From the NCBI GenBank assembly GCA_001001115.1, contig LCIO01000001.1:172710-236709 (forward strand): a stretch of DNA of 64,000 nucleotides, read 5' to 3'. Made by a program: the position numbers and the translations under genes. Position 1 is the first letter of the stretch. The number at the start of each line of letters is the position of its first letter. Shown piece after piece: positions 1 to 9,284 of the stretch. The notes under the pieces were generated by a model. It was given only the letters and a program-made list of their open reading frames with translations. It did no database searches and was not told the origin of the DNA. The stretch is from Candidatus Wolfebacteria bacterium GW2011_GWA1_44_24. Its GTDB lineage: Bacteria; Patescibacteriota; Minisyncoccia; UBA6257; UBA9933.

Positions 1-1206
1 AATCTCCGTTATTCGGCTCTTATATATGTTCCAGGTGGAAGGAATAAATTGCGCCGGTCCCATCGCGCCGCCGTAAGCTCCGTCAGCGTTGGCGCAAGAA
101 ACTTTTATCACTCCTGATTCGACATTGCTCGTTAAACCCAATTCCCAGATAATTTCCAAAAATATCGGGATATCGCGTTTCGGATGCATCGCCGTTTTAT
201 AATCGCATTGGCCGACATTTTTGCCTAAAGCCGATTCCCTGTCCAAGACCGCCAAAATCAACGCCGCCCGCACACCGGTCGCTTTTTCGGCATATTTTGC
301 CAATTGATAAGCTTCTTCAAAAGAAAGTTCGCCGCCGCCAAGCAATTTAAAAATTTGTTTTCGGATTTCAGCCGCGGTTTTTTTGGTTTCAACCAGAATT
401 TTTTGGTATTCCGATTCCCTCCCCTTGGTGACTTTAAGCAAAGTATTTTTGTCTTCCTGAGTTTTTTGAATGCTCGTTTTTTGAGCATCCTGATAAGATT
501 TTAACGCGGTTGCGTCAGAACGCTCCAAAGCCAGCGCTTCTTTTTCATCAACCAATTGATCTTTCAAAGACGTGATTTTTTCCAGAACGGTTTTCAAATT
601 ATCCTGAACGGACAAAAGATTGTTCAAATCGTTGAAAAAATCCGAAAGCTGAGGATTGGCCAAAAGCACTTCGAGCATTTTTTTATTGCCGCTTTCGTAA
701 ATGTTTTGCAGAGTTTCCGATAAAGCTATTTTGTTGAAATCAATGTCTTTTTGAGTGGAATCGATTTTCGATTGGGTAACGCCTATTTCCTCATCAAGCC
801 TTTTAAGATTTAAGACAACGGCTTTTATCTGAAGATTAAGTTTGGCGATTTTAGCGTTAAGTTTTTCAACTTCGGATTTAAGAGTGTTTCCCTGTTTTTT
901 TAAATTTGCGATAGTTGTTTCGTATTCATCTATCTGATTTTCATATTTTTCAAGTTCCGCTTCCAATGTTTTTCTTTTATCTTCATTCTCGACGCTGGAA
1001 GCGGCCAGAGAGACGACTGTTGGCGCTTTAACCAGCCCGAAAACAAAAGGAAGAGCGACGATAAAAATCAAAATGATTCCCGTAAAAGATTTTAAGGAAA
1101 TGAAAAAAAATTCGCCTTTTTTGAGACTGACTCTGGGAGAGAGACGCCGAAAAGAATTTAAACCAGAGTCTTTTTTTATGTCGATTAAGACGCGAGGTCT
1201 TAACAT
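1..1206 (-). CDS. Membrane-anchored coiled-coil protein with C-terminal MltB/SLT_2-type lytic transglycosylase domain (3' end runs off window)
   Basis: Absent from the ORF track because it has no in-window stop. My own minus-strand translation from ATG at 1206 gives MLRPRVLIDIKKDSG...IILIFIVALPFVFGLV (TM helix). It continues with ENEDKRKTLEAELEKYENQIDEYE (coiled coil), then AALILAVLDRESALGKNVGQC and GAYGGAMGPAQFIPSTWNIYKSRITEI. The last two carry the catalytic ES and GAMGxxQFxPSTW motifs. Confidence 0.7.
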   Translation of the reverse strand, partial: MLRPRVLIDIKKDSGLNSFRRLSPRVSLKKGEFFFISLKSFTGIILIFIVALPFVFGLVKAPTVVSLAASSVENEDKRKTLEAELEKYENQIDEYETTIANLKKQGNTLKSEVEKLNAKIAKLNLQIKAVVLNLKRLDEEIGVTQSKIDSTQKDIDFNKIALSETLQNIYESGNKKMLEVLLANPQLSDFFNDLNNLLSVQDNLKTVLEKITSLKDQLVDEKEALALERSDATALKSYQDAQKTSIQKTQEDKNTLLKVTKGRESEYQKILVETKKTAAEIRKQIFKLLGGGELSFEEAYQLAKYAEKATGVRAALILAVLDRESALGKNVGQCDYKTAMHPKRDIPIFLEIIWELGLTSNVESGVIKVSCANADGAYGGAMGPAQFIPSTWNIYKSRITEI

Positions 1207-1213
1207 TTTACAA

Positions 1214-1870
1214 TTATTTTGTTTTTTCCTCGGTTTCTTTTTCTTTTTCCCTTAATTCTTTCTTTTCTTCGGTTTCCACTTTTACTTCTTCAACGCCTGC
1301 CGGTCCGGCCGGAATTTCTTCTTCTTTGGCCATTTCCGTAACGGTGGCGATTACGGTTTCCGGAGCAACCAAAACTTTGACTTCTTTAGAGATTTTCAAA
1401 TCTTTGACAAAAACGCTCGCGCCGATGTCTGAAATAGCGTTGATATCAACTTGAAAATTATGAGGCAAATCTCCGGGCAAAGCTTCTACTTCTATTTCGT
1501 GCATCGCTTTGACCAAAATTCCGCCTTTTTCCCTGATTGCCGTTGATTCACCGACGAATTCCAGAGGAATTCGCGCCCGGATTTTTTCATTCATCTTGAC
1601 GCTGTAAAAATCAATGTGGGAAATTTCGTCGGTAAAAGCGTTTTTATCGATGTCATGAATTAAAACATTGAATTCTTTTTCTCCGACCTTCAGTTTAATG
1701 ACGGTATTTTCGCCGGCTTCTTTGAAAAGGCGCGAAAATTCTTTGGCCGAAACGCCGAGATGCAAATTTTCCAATCCATGGCCGTAAAGCTCGGCCGGAA
1801 TCAAGCCCGTTTTACGCAAGGATTTGTTTTTCTTTCCGAATATTTCTCTTTTTTGAACGATAAGTTCCAT
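1214..1870 (-). CDS. rplY: 50S ribosomal protein L25 / general stress protein Ctc
   Basis: ORF 1214..1912 has L25/Ctc-like sequence (GLIPAELYGHG, ISHIDFYSV) and an acidic C-terminal tail. Start trimmed to ATG 1870 (MELIVQKRE) because the longer ORF would overlap the clpP 3' end. Confidence 0.8.
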   Translation of the reverse strand: MELIVQKREIFGKKNKSLRKTGLIPAELYGHGLENLHLGVSAKEFSRLFKEAGENTVIKLKVGEKEFNVLIHDIDKNAFTDEISHIDFYSVKMNEKIRARIPLEFVGESTAIREKGGILVKAMHEIEVEALPGDLPHNFQVDINAISDIGASVFVKDLKISKEVKVLVAPETVIATVTEMAKEEEIPAGPAGVEEVKVETEEKKELREKEKETEEKTK

Positions 1871-1877
1871 ATGGTTT

Positions 1878-2468
1878 TCAGCGATTATTTTTACCTTTGA
1901 TGATTTCATCAATCACGCCGTATTCTTTGGCTTCCTGAGCAGTCAGATAAAAATCGCGGTCCGTGTCTTTTTCTATTCTCGTCAGCGGCTGACCGGTATG
2001 TTTTACCAAAATCTGATTAACCCGGTCTTTAATTTTAAGAATCTGGCGGGCGGCGATTTCCACTTCCACGGCCTGGCCGCCGGCTTCGCCCATTACCTGA
2101 TGAAGCAAGATTTCCGAATTGAGTAAAGCAAATCGTTTGCCTTTTTTACCGGCCGAAAGCAAAACCGCGGCCGCCGAAGCCGCCAAGCCCATGCAAATCG
2201 TCGAGACATCCGGCTTAATATATTGCATTGTATCGTAAATCGCCATGCCGGCGGTTACCAACCCACCGGGGCTGTTGATGTAAAGAGTGATGTCTTTTTT
2301 GAAATCTTCGTGCTCCAGAAAAAGCATCTGGGCAATAATGCTGTTTGCTGTCTGGTCGGTAACCGGACCGCCGAGAAAAATAATCCGGTCTTTCAAAAGA
2401 CGGGAATAAATGTCGTAAGCGCGTTCGCCGTATTGAGATTTTTCTATAACGGTAGGAATCAAATTCAT
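1878..2468 (-). CDS. clpP: ATP-dependent Clp protease proteolytic subunit
   Basis: 196 aa. [28 protein letters not shown] and [11 protein letters not shown] are typical ClpP motifs. The gene ends in TGA. Confidence 0.95.
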   Translation of the reverse strand: MNLIPTVIEKSQYGERAYDIYSRLLKDRIIFLGGPVTDQTANSIIAQMLFLEHEDFKKDITLYINSPGGLVTAGMAIYDTMQYIKPDVSTICMGLAASAAAVLLSAGKKGKRFALLNSEILLHQVMGEAGGQAVEVEIAARQILKIKDRVNQILVKHTGQPLTRIEKDTDRDFYLTAQEAKEYGVIDEIIKGKNNR

Positions 2469-2475
2469 AAAAATT

Positions 2476-3000
2476 TTATTTTTTTTGTTTGTACGCTTCT
2501 CGCGCTTTATTAATTTCTTCTTTGGCTTTTACCGATCCTTCCCAGCCGAAAATTTTGACTTTTTTGCCTTCCAATTCTTTGTAGGCCTCAAAAAAATGGG
2601 CTATTTCTTTCAAGGAATGTTCGTGGGTGGCTTTAATGTCTTCAATGTCTTTAATATTGTCAAAACGCGGATTGTCCACCTGAACGCCTAAAATTTTATA
2701 ATCTTCATCCCCGTTGTCAACCATTTTTAAAATCCCGATGGGCCGGACTTTAACCGCGCAGCCGGGAAAAAGCGGGTCGCTGCCGAAGACAAGCGTATCC
2801 AGATGGTCGCCGTCCGCGGATAAAGTTTCCGGAATAAAGCCGTAATCTGTCGGATAATGCATCGGCGAAAAAAGAACGCGGTCAAGCTTAATCATCCCGC
2901 TTTCTTCGTCAAATTCATATTTATTCTGGCTGTTTTTTGGAATTTCAACAATAACGTTGAATTCCTCGGGCGCGTTTTCGCCAATGGACATTTTGAACAT
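2476..3000 (-). CDS. ppa: Inorganic pyrophosphatase (family I)
   Basis: 174 aa. [16 protein letters not shown] and [20 protein letters not shown] are family I PPase signatures. Confidence 0.92.
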   Translation of the reverse strand: MFKMSIGENAPEEFNVIVEIPKNSQNKYEFDEESGMIKLDRVLFSPMHYPTDYGFIPETLSADGDHLDTLVFGSDPLFPGCAVKVRPIGILKMVDNGDEDYKILGVQVDNPRFDNIKDIEDIKATHEHSLKEIAHFFEAYKELEGKKVKIFGWEGSVKAKEEINKAREAYKQKK

Positions 3001-3009
3001 AAAATAATT

Positions 3010-4197
3010 TTACTCTTTTTCTTCGCTTTTTTCAATTTCAGAACCGGCTTCGGCGATTCCTTCGGCCACCGCTTCTTCCGGCCGCGAAAGCGAACGCACG
3101 TCTATCTTCCAACCCGTGAGTTTTGCCGCCAGCCGCACATTTTGCCCCCCCTTGCCGATAGCCAAACTTAACTGGTCTTCTGGAACAAAAACCCGGGCTT
3201 CGCGGCGGGGCAAAATTTCCACTGCCTTGGCTTTAGCCGGCGATAAAGCCGCGGCCACAAATTTATCTGGGTTTTCCGACCATTCAATAATGTCGATTTT
3301 TTCATTGCCTAATTCATTGGTTACGGCCATCACGCGCGTCCCCCGCTGACCAACGCAAGCGCCAACCGGATCCACTCCCTCAACTTTTGAATCAACCGCT
3401 ATTTTTGTCCGATTGCCGGGCTCCCGAGCAATCGCTTTGATTTCCACCGTGCCTTCGTGAATTTCCGGCACCTCCAACTCAAATAACTTGCTGACAAACT
3501 TGGGATGAGATCTCGAAAGGACCAATCCCGGCGACCTCCCGCTTTCTTCTTGAACCGCCAAAAGATAAAATTTCAATCTCTCACCGATACGATAATATTC
3601 GCCGGGTATGGTTTCATTAAAAAACATCACTCCGACCGCCCGGCCGATGTCGACAAAAACATTGCCGCGCTCAATGCGCTGAATGACTCCTGAAACGATT
3701 TCTCCTTCTTTTCCGGCATATTCTTTTTTGATTGATTCCCTTTCCGCTTCCCTAATTTTCTGCAAGACCACCTGTTTGGCCGCTTGAGCGGCAATACGAC
3801 CAAAATCTTCGCGCTCCTCTAAAGGAAATTCCAATTCTTCGTCAATCTTAACGTCGGATTTAACGGCTTTCGCTTCGTCAAGAAAAATATGCCTTTCCGA
3901 ATTGTAAAGCGGCAAAAGTTCTTTTTCACTCTCCTTACTCTTATCTTCAATTTCCGGTTCTTTCCCCTCTTCCTTCACTCTTACCGTTGTTTCATCAACC
4001 ACGGTTCTTATTTTCCAAAATTTAAAACTGCCGGTTTTGAAATTGATTTCGGCTTTGATGTTTTCTCCCCTTTTCCCGAATTCCTTGCGGTAAGCGGCGG
4101 CCACGGCCGATTCCACGGCTTCTGCGACCATCGATTTATCGATGCCCCGCTCATCGGCGATTTGTTCTATAACTCTGTTTAGATTTTTGATGTCCAT
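3010..4197 (-). CDS. nusA: Transcription termination/antitermination factor NusA
   Basis: 395 aa. It has an S1 domain (GEIVSGVIQRIERGNVFVDIG) and two KH domains (GACVGQRGTRV, AIGKGGQNVRLAAKLTGWKIDV). Confidence 0.93.
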   Translation of the reverse strand: MDIKNLNRVIEQIADERGIDKSMVAEAVESAVAAAYRKEFGKRGENIKAEINFKTGSFKFWKIRTVVDETTVRVKEEGKEPEIEDKSKESEKELLPLYNSERHIFLDEAKAVKSDVKIDEELEFPLEEREDFGRIAAQAAKQVVLQKIREAERESIKKEYAGKEGEIVSGVIQRIERGNVFVDIGRAVGVMFFNETIPGEYYRIGERLKFYLLAVQEESGRSPGLVLSRSHPKFVSKLFELEVPEIHEGTVEIKAIAREPGNRTKIAVDSKVEGVDPVGACVGQRGTRVMAVTNELGNEKIDIIEWSENPDKFVAAALSPAKAKAVEILPRREARVFVPEDQLSLAIGKGGQNVRLAAKLTGWKIDVRSLSRPEEAVAEGIAEAGSEIEKSEEKE

Positions 4198-4208
4198 ATT
4201 ATGACAAT

Positions 4209-4235
4209 AAAGTCCGCTCTTGGCGGACTTTAATC
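4209..4235 (-). terminator. Weak hairpin between trmD and nusA
   Basis: Minus-strand RNA reads aaagtccgc-caaga-gcggacttt followed by attgtcat. The stem is 9 bp but the U-tract is poor. Confidence 0.3.
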
Positions 4236-4267
4236 AAGATAAATTATATGGCAGAAAATAAAAATTG

Positions 4268-4939
4268 TCAATTCTCGCGCCGCCATTCATCAATTTTTTT
4301 ATGATTTCCTGAAAGAAGAATTTTTGGAACTTTATATTTTTTCCCTTTGTATTTAAGAACTTCCGGCCGGGTGTAAACCGACAATCCGGCGCCATACCGC
4401 TTCTCTTCCAATGATTCTTGCTTGCCTAAAACGCCGGGGATTTGACGGGAAACCGCGTCAATTAAAACCATTGCCGGCAATTCGCCGCCGGTCAAAACAT
4501 AGGGTCCGACACTTAAATTTTCAATTTTTAATTTTAAATTTTCAATTACTTTTTCCACTCTGGCGTCGATTCCTTCATATCGGCCGCAGATTAAAATCAG
4601 ATTGTCGTAATTTTTCGCCAAATTTGCCGCCGTCTTATTATTAAATTGTTTTCCTCCCGGAGTAAATAAAATAACTTTGATTTTCTTTTTTGACGCTTGA
4701 CGATTGATATTTGACACGGCCTTAATAATCGGCTCAACTGTTATTACCATTCCCGGCCCGCCGCCGAACGGACGATCATCCACTTTGCGATGCTTGTCTT
4801 TCGTAAAATCCCGCAAATTATGGATTTTAATATCAACCAATTTATTTTTTTGGGCGCGCTTCAAAATAGACTCATTTAAATATGATCCGCCTTTGGCGGA
4901 GAAAATCTTCGGGAAAATTGTAATAATATCAAAACGCAT
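4268..4939 (-). CDS. trmD: tRNA (guanine37-N1)-methyltransferase
   Basis: 223 aa. Motifs seen are MRFDIITIFPKIF, ICGRYEGIDARV and LTGGELPAMVLIDAVSR. Confidence 0.95.
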   Translation of the reverse strand: MRFDIITIFPKIFSAKGGSYLNESILKRAQKNKLVDIKIHNLRDFTKDKHRKVDDRPFGGGPGMVITVEPIIKAVSNINRQASKKKIKVILFTPGGKQFNNKTAANLAKNYDNLILICGRYEGIDARVEKVIENLKLKIENLSVGPYVLTGGELPAMVLIDAVSRQIPGVLGKQESLEEKRYGAGLSVYTRPEVLKYKGKKYKVPKILLSGNHKKIDEWRREN

Positions 4940-4952
4940 ATAAATATATTTT

Positions 4953-4983
4953 AAAACAAAAATCCCGCTTTTGACAGCGGGAT
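4953..4983 (-). terminator. Rho-independent terminator/attenuator downstream of the KH-protein gene
   Basis: Minus-strand RNA reads aaaaatcccgc-tgtcaaaa-gcgggattttt followed by gtttt. It has a GC core stem and a U-run, and is symmetric so potentially bidirectional. Confidence 0.6.
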
Positions 4984-4996
4984 TTTTAAAATTTGA

Positions 4997-5293
4997 TTAA
5001 ATATTTCCGGTTTCTCTTTCAACTAAAGGCCTTTCTCTCGTTGAACCTTCCGGTTCGGCTATTTTCAGATTGACTCGGGCGTTGTTTTTAACTCCGACTA
5101 TCCTTAACAATGACCGGATTGCCTGAGCCGTTAATCCCCTTCGGCCGATAACTTGAGCCATATCGGTCGGATGAACATGAAGAGTCAAAAGCACTCCCAT
5201 CTCATCGACTTTCCGCTCAACTTTCACTTCATCGGGATGATCAACAATAGACTGAACGACGAATTCAAGAAATTTCTGGTCTCTTCCTTCCAT
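4997..5293 (-). CDS. KH-domain RNA-binding protein (YlqC/UPF0109-like)
   Basis: 98 aa with a GxxG loop (VIGRRGLTAQAIRSLL). It sits in the conserved position between rpsP and trmD. Confidence 0.8.
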   Translation of the reverse strand: MEGRDQKFLEFVVQSIVDHPDEVKVERKVDEMGVLLTLHVHPTDMAQVIGRRGLTAQAIRSLLRIVGVKNNARVNLKIAEPEGSTRERPLVERETGNI

Positions 5294-5367
5294 AACTATA
5301 TGTCTTTAATTCTGATTTTCTTCCGACCTTTTATATTGCTAAAACAATATCATTTTCAACGATAAAA

Positions 5368-5694
5368 TCAAGCCGCAACCGGCGCTTCCGGCGCTTTAGC
5401 TTCCAAAACCGGCTCTTCGGAAGATTTTTTGGAAACCTTGTGCATCGGTCTTTTCTGTCCTTTAAGCACGCCTGCTTTAATCAATAAATTATAAACTCTG
5501 TCCGTCGGCTGAGCGCCGTTTTTCAGGCGGTATTCGATTCTTTCTTTGTTAATTTTCAATTCGTTGCTGTGAGGATTAAACCAGCCCAAATCTTCGATAA
5601 ATCGACCAAAAACCTTTGACCGCTTTTCAGACACGATAATTCTGAAAGTCGCATACCCCTTTTTCCCAATTCTTTTTAATTTAATGGCTAACAT
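5368..5694 (-). CDS. rpsP: 30S ribosomal protein S16
   Basis: 108 aa. MLAIKLKRIGKKGYATFRIIV...GWFNP...NGAQPTD is the typical S16 pattern. Confidence 0.95.
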   Translation of the reverse strand: MLAIKLKRIGKKGYATFRIIVSEKRSKVFGRFIEDLGWFNPHSNELKINKERIEYRLKNGAQPTDRVYNLLIKAGVLKGQKRPMHKVSKKSSEEPVLEAKAPEAPVAA

Positions 5695-5714
5695 GATAGC
5701 TTATAGCTTATAAT

Positions 5715-7889
5715 TTATGGCTTTTGATTGTCAAGTTTTAATGACAACACTTTTGATGTGCCGTCTTCATTCATTGTCACGCCATACAACACATCGGCAA
5801 TTTCCATTACCGCCCGATTGTGGGTAACAACGATAAACTGGGTTTGGGAAACGGATTCTTTGACGAGGTTGGCGAAGCGGCGAGAATTTCTTTCGTCAAG
5901 CGCCGCGTCAATTTCGTCCAAAACCAGAAAGGGCGGCGGAGACACGGAAATTAAAGCGAAAAGCGCGGCGACGGAAACCAAACTTTTTTCTCCGCCGGAA
6001 AGCATTTCCAAATTGGTAATTTTCTTCTTCGGCAAATTCAATTCAATTTCAATGCCGATTTTTTCTTCCTGTTCTTGTTCTTCCCCATCGCCCGTTTCAT
6101 CGTTATCGCTTTCATTTTCACCGCTACTGTCATCGTTCTTAACTTTTAACTTTGAACTTTTAATTTTTAATTTAGCATGGCCTCCTTCAAACATCAACCG
6201 GAAAAAATGATCGAATTTCTCGTTGATTAAATGGATGGCTTTATTGAATTCGTTTTTAATTTTTTCTTTCAATTCTTTAATTAAAATTTTTAAATCATCT
6301 GAAGCTTTCTCCAGATCTTCAACTTGAGAAGATAAAAAATTGTGGTGTTTTTCGACGGTTTCGGCTTCTTTAAGCAAAAATTCGTCAATTTCGCCGATAT
6401 TGGCAAGTTCGGCGCGAAGTTTGAACATTTGCTTCTCCACTTCCATTAAATTCGGTTCCCCATTTTTTATTTCCGATTTTCCCAGTTCTTCTATTCTTCT
6501 TCCCGCTTGACTCATCTGAACTTCCAAATCCCGGAATTTCAAATCCAATTTTTCTTTTTCAAAAAGAATTTTTTGTTTTTGGCTTTCCAAAACAGACAAT
6601 TCATCTTTCTTTTGTTCAAAAAAACCGTAGGCTTTCTGAAAACGCTTGTTGAATTCTTCCAAACCGAGAGCGATTTCGGATTCCGATTTTTCGACCTCTT
6701 TTATGCCTTCTTCCGCGGTTCCAATTTCTTTAATAAGACCTTGCCGAGATTCTTCTAATTCCCTTAATTCTTCTATTTTTCTGTTTTGCGGCCGATTCAA
6801 AAAATCGTCTATTCTGGAAATTAATCTTTCAATCATTGCCGCGGCTTCCTTGATTTCTTCCAACGCGAGACCATCCTTGAGACCATCTTTGATTTCTCCG
6901 ATAAAGTTTAAAATCTCTCCTTCGCCGAAAGAACCGCCGGCTTCTTGATTTCCCAAAATTTCCAATTTAGCCTCTAAGCGGCTCAATTCTTTCTGAATTT
7001 TCAAATACTTTTCCGATAATTCGTTTTTCCGGCTTCGGAGCAAATTCAAATTATGGGGGCTGGATTGTCCTTCTATTTTTTTGACCTCGCTTTCGAAAAT
7101 TCTCAATTCTGATATTTTCTCCGAAATCCGTTTTTCCAGCGCTTTCAAATCAAATTCAATTTTTTGTTTTTCTTCGTTAATCCCGCCGGCTTTGAAAGAA
7201 AAATAATTGTCTTCCAATTCTTTTAATTCTTTTTCCACTTCCGCTCTTTTCTGCCACTTAACGGTTTGGCGTTTGAGCATCCTTAAACGCGGAATAACTT
7301 CTTCAATCATCGCTTTCACTTTTTCCAGATTGAAATTGGTATTTTCCAATTTTCTTTCAGCTTCGGATTTTTTTATCTGGAACTCCCTCAGTCCCAAAAC
7401 TTCTTCGATCATCACCCGTCTTTCTTCCGGCGAAACCCGGACAAACAAATCGCTTGAACCCTGATTGATAACGGTCAATCCTTTGGTGCCAAGCCGGCTG
7501 CGGGCGAAAAAATCAATTATATCTTTGAGGCGCGTTTCGGATTTATTGAGAAAATATTGCGAAACACCGTCGCGGCTTACGCGGCGTAAAACTAATATTT
7601 CGCTGAAGTCAATTTGGGAAAAACCGGAACTGTTATCAAAAAAAAGCCCAACCGAAGCCATTCCAACTCTCGATCTTTTCGGGGTGCCAGCAAAAATCAG
7701 ATTTTCTATTTTTGAGCCGCGCAAATTTTTCGCTTCGCGTTCTCCCAAAAGCCAGCGAATAGCGTCGATAATATTTGATTTGCCGGAACCGTTCGGCCCA
7801 ACAATCGCCGTAATGCCTTTGGGAAATTCCAAAACGGTCTTTTGGGCAAAAGATTTGAATCCGTTAAGTTCGAGGGATTTAAGAAACAT
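5715..7889 (-). CDS. smc: SMC-family chromosome segregation ATPase, unusually short (724 aa) with no recognisable hinge
   Basis: The N-terminal head has Walker A (FKSFAQKTVLEFPKGITAIVGPNGSGKSNIIDAIRWLLGE). The C-terminal head has the signature motif and Walker B (LSGGEKSLVSVAALFALI...PFLVLDEIDAALD). Only about 390 aa of heptad-rich sequence lies between the two heads. Confidence 0.85.
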   Translation of the reverse strand: MFLKSLELNGFKSFAQKTVLEFPKGITAIVGPNGSGKSNIIDAIRWLLGEREAKNLRGSKIENLIFAGTPKRSRVGMASVGLFFDNSSGFSQIDFSEILVLRRVSRDGVSQYFLNKSETRLKDIIDFFARSRLGTKGLTVINQGSSDLFVRVSPEERRVMIEEVLGLREFQIKKSEAERKLENTNFNLEKVKAMIEEVIPRLRMLKRQTVKWQKRAEVEKELKELEDNYFSFKAGGINEEKQKIEFDLKALEKRISEKISELRIFESEVKKIEGQSSPHNLNLLRSRKNELSEKYLKIQKELSRLEAKLEILGNQEAGGSFGEGEILNFIGEIKDGLKDGLALEEIKEAAAMIERLISRIDDFLNRPQNRKIEELRELEESRQGLIKEIGTAEEGIKEVEKSESEIALGLEEFNKRFQKAYGFFEQKKDELSVLESQKQKILFEKEKLDLKFRDLEVQMSQAGRRIEELGKSEIKNGEPNLMEVEKQMFKLRAELANIGEIDEFLLKEAETVEKHHNFLSSQVEDLEKASDDLKILIKELKEKIKNEFNKAIHLINEKFDHFFRLMFEGGHAKLKIKSSKLKVKNDDSSGENESDNDETGDGEEQEQEEKIGIEIELNLPKKKITNLEMLSGGEKSLVSVAALFALISVSPPPFLVLDEIDAALDERNSRRFANLVKESVSQTQFIVVTHNRAVMEIADVLYGVTMNEDGTSKVLSLKLDNQKP

Positions 7890-8562
7890 GCTTCAACGCG
7901 TTCTTTGCCGCTTCCACTTCCGCTTCCTGTTTGGAGAAGCCATCGCCCTGAGCAACCAATTTTTCTCCGAAATACGCGCCAACCGTAAAAATTTTGGCGT
8001 GATCCGGACCTTTTTCGGACAAAACTAAATAAATCGGAGTAATTTTAAGCTTTTCCTGCACTATTTCCTGAAGCAAGCTTTTTGGATCTTTATATAATTT
8101 TTTCTCAATTACTTCCCCGAGATGATTCATCACCGAAACATTGATGATTTTTTTTGCCGTTTCGTATCCGGCATCAAGATAAATAGCCCCCAAAAGAGCT
8201 TCAAAAGCGTTGGCTAAAATCACATCCCGGGCTTTACCGATATCTTTAGCCTCTCCTTTTGAAAGCAGGATATAATTATTCAGTTCGATTTCTTTGGCAA
8301 CATCGGCGAGCATCTGATAATTAACCAGAGCCGAACGGATGCTGGTTAAATCTCCTTCAGAAAAATCCGGATATTGATGAAAAAGATTTTCGGTAACCGC
8401 TAATTCCAAAACGGCGTCCCCTAAAAATTCCAGGCGCTCGTTATGGGGCGTTTCCCGTGAAGGATTCTCGTTCAAGTAAGAACGGTGGGTTAAAGATTCT
8501 TTCAATAAATTTTTATTATTGAAGACAACGTCTAATTTTTGTTCTAATTGAGATAAATCCAA
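7879..8562 (-). CDS. rnc: Ribonuclease III
   Basis: 227 aa. It has the RNase III signature ERLEFLGDAVLEL and a C-terminal dsRBD (DHAKIFTV...GFSKQEAEVEAAKNAL). The apparent start is TTG at 8562. It overlaps the smc start by 11 nt. Confidence 0.93.
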   Translation of the reverse strand: MDLSQLEQKLDVVFNNKNLLKESLTHRSYLNENPSRETPHNERLEFLGDAVLELAVTENLFHQYPDFSEGDLTSIRSALVNYQMLADVAKEIELNNYILLSKGEAKDIGKARDVILANAFEALLGAIYLDAGYETAKKIINVSVMNHLGEVIEKKLYKDPKSLLQEIVQEKLKITPIYLVLSEKGPDHAKIFTVGAYFGEKLVAQGDGFSKQEAEVEAAKNALKHVS

Positions 8563-8569
8563 TTTTTAG

Positions 8570-8637
8570 AAATTCCAAATCACAAATTCCAAATAACAAA
8601 AATTTATTTGGGATTTGGCGCTTGTGATTTGGGATTT
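8570..8637 (-). promoter_or_regulatory. Long imperfect RNA hairpin spanning the nusB 3' end and the rnc leader
   Basis: Arm 8570-8596 (aaattccaaatcacaaattccaaataa) pairs with arm 8604-8637 (ttatttgggatttggcgcttgtgatttgggattt). That gives 13 + 14 paired positions, each block with one mismatch. A 7-nt bulge (8617-8623) and a 7-nt loop complete the structure. The left arm begins 8 nt upstream of the rnc start codon. Confidence 0.55.
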
Positions 8638-9047
8638 AATTCTTTATACACCGTTCCCAAAACTCCGTTAACGAATTTAGAAGAATTTCCGCCGCTGTAA
8701 TTTTTCGCCAATTCAATCGCTTCATTAATGGCCACTTTTTCGGGGACTTCGGCTTTATCGGCATAAAGCAATTCATAGAGCCCGATGCGCAGAATATTGC
8801 GGTCGACAATGGAAATCTGGTTTATCGGCCAAGCCGGCGCGGCCTTTTCAATAACTTTGTCAATATCCTTAATATGTTCTATCACTCCTTTGACAATCCG
8901 CCAGACAAAATCCGGCTCGTTAATGCCAGCGCCGAATTCTTTAATATTGCGTTCAACAATTTCCGTCAAATCCTTTTCTTTATTGTAAAAATCCCATTCA
9001 TAAAGGGATTGAAGCGCGATTGAGCGGGCAATGTGTCGAGTGGCCAT
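8604..9047 (-). CDS. nusB: Transcription antitermination factor NusB
   Basis: 147 aa. [18 protein letters not shown] and [13 protein letters not shown]...KFVNGVLG are typical NusB motifs. Confidence 0.92.
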   Translation of the reverse strand: MATRHIARSIALQSLYEWDFYNKEKDLTEIVERNIKEFGAGINEPDFVWRIVKGVIEHIKDIDKVIEKAAPAWPINQISIVDRNILRIGLYELLYADKAEVPEKVAINEAIELAKNYSGGNSSKFVNGVLGTVYKELNPKSQAPNPK

Positions 9048-9048
9048 T

Positions 9049-9243
9049 TTACTTCTTTATTTTCAACTTCGGCTCCTTTATTATTTTTCCTTTATAATTT
9101 CCGCAACTGACGCAATAACAATGGGGCAAGACAGGATGCTGGCAATTTTGACAAACGAAAATCTGGCTCGATTTCAAAGCCAAATGCGACCTTCTTCGGC
9201 CGACTTTTGATTTTGTATGATGTTTTACCGGTACGCCTCCCAT
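9049..9243 (-). CDS. rpmF: 50S ribosomal protein L32 (zinc-ribbon type)
   Basis: 64 aa. [20 protein letters not shown] plus CQNC...CVSC. Confidence 0.9.
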   Translation of the reverse strand: MGGVPVKHHTKSKVGRRRSHLALKSSQIFVCQNCQHPVLPHCYCVSCGNYKGKIIKEPKLKIKK

Positions 9244-9284
9244 AATTTAGAAGTTAGAATATAAAATTTAGAATAAAAAGTCAA

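Noticed and set aside
5728-8028. Long plus-strand ORFs antisense to smc (5728..6210, 6507..6948, 7207..7464, 7465..8028). Similar antisense ORFs lie opposite other genes, for example 22641..23228, 43883..44491, 19549..20034 and 21113..21562.
   Set aside because: They are low-complexity, Ser/Phe/Leu-rich mirror frames of well-supported minus-strand genes. They have no recognisable motifs and overlap strong homology-bearing CDSs.
9244-9284. Direct repeat atttagaa...atttagaa in the dcd-rpmF spacer, and small palindromes in the rpsP-KH spacer (5294-5367).
   Set aside because: They are very short, AT-rich and within chance expectation for this base composition.
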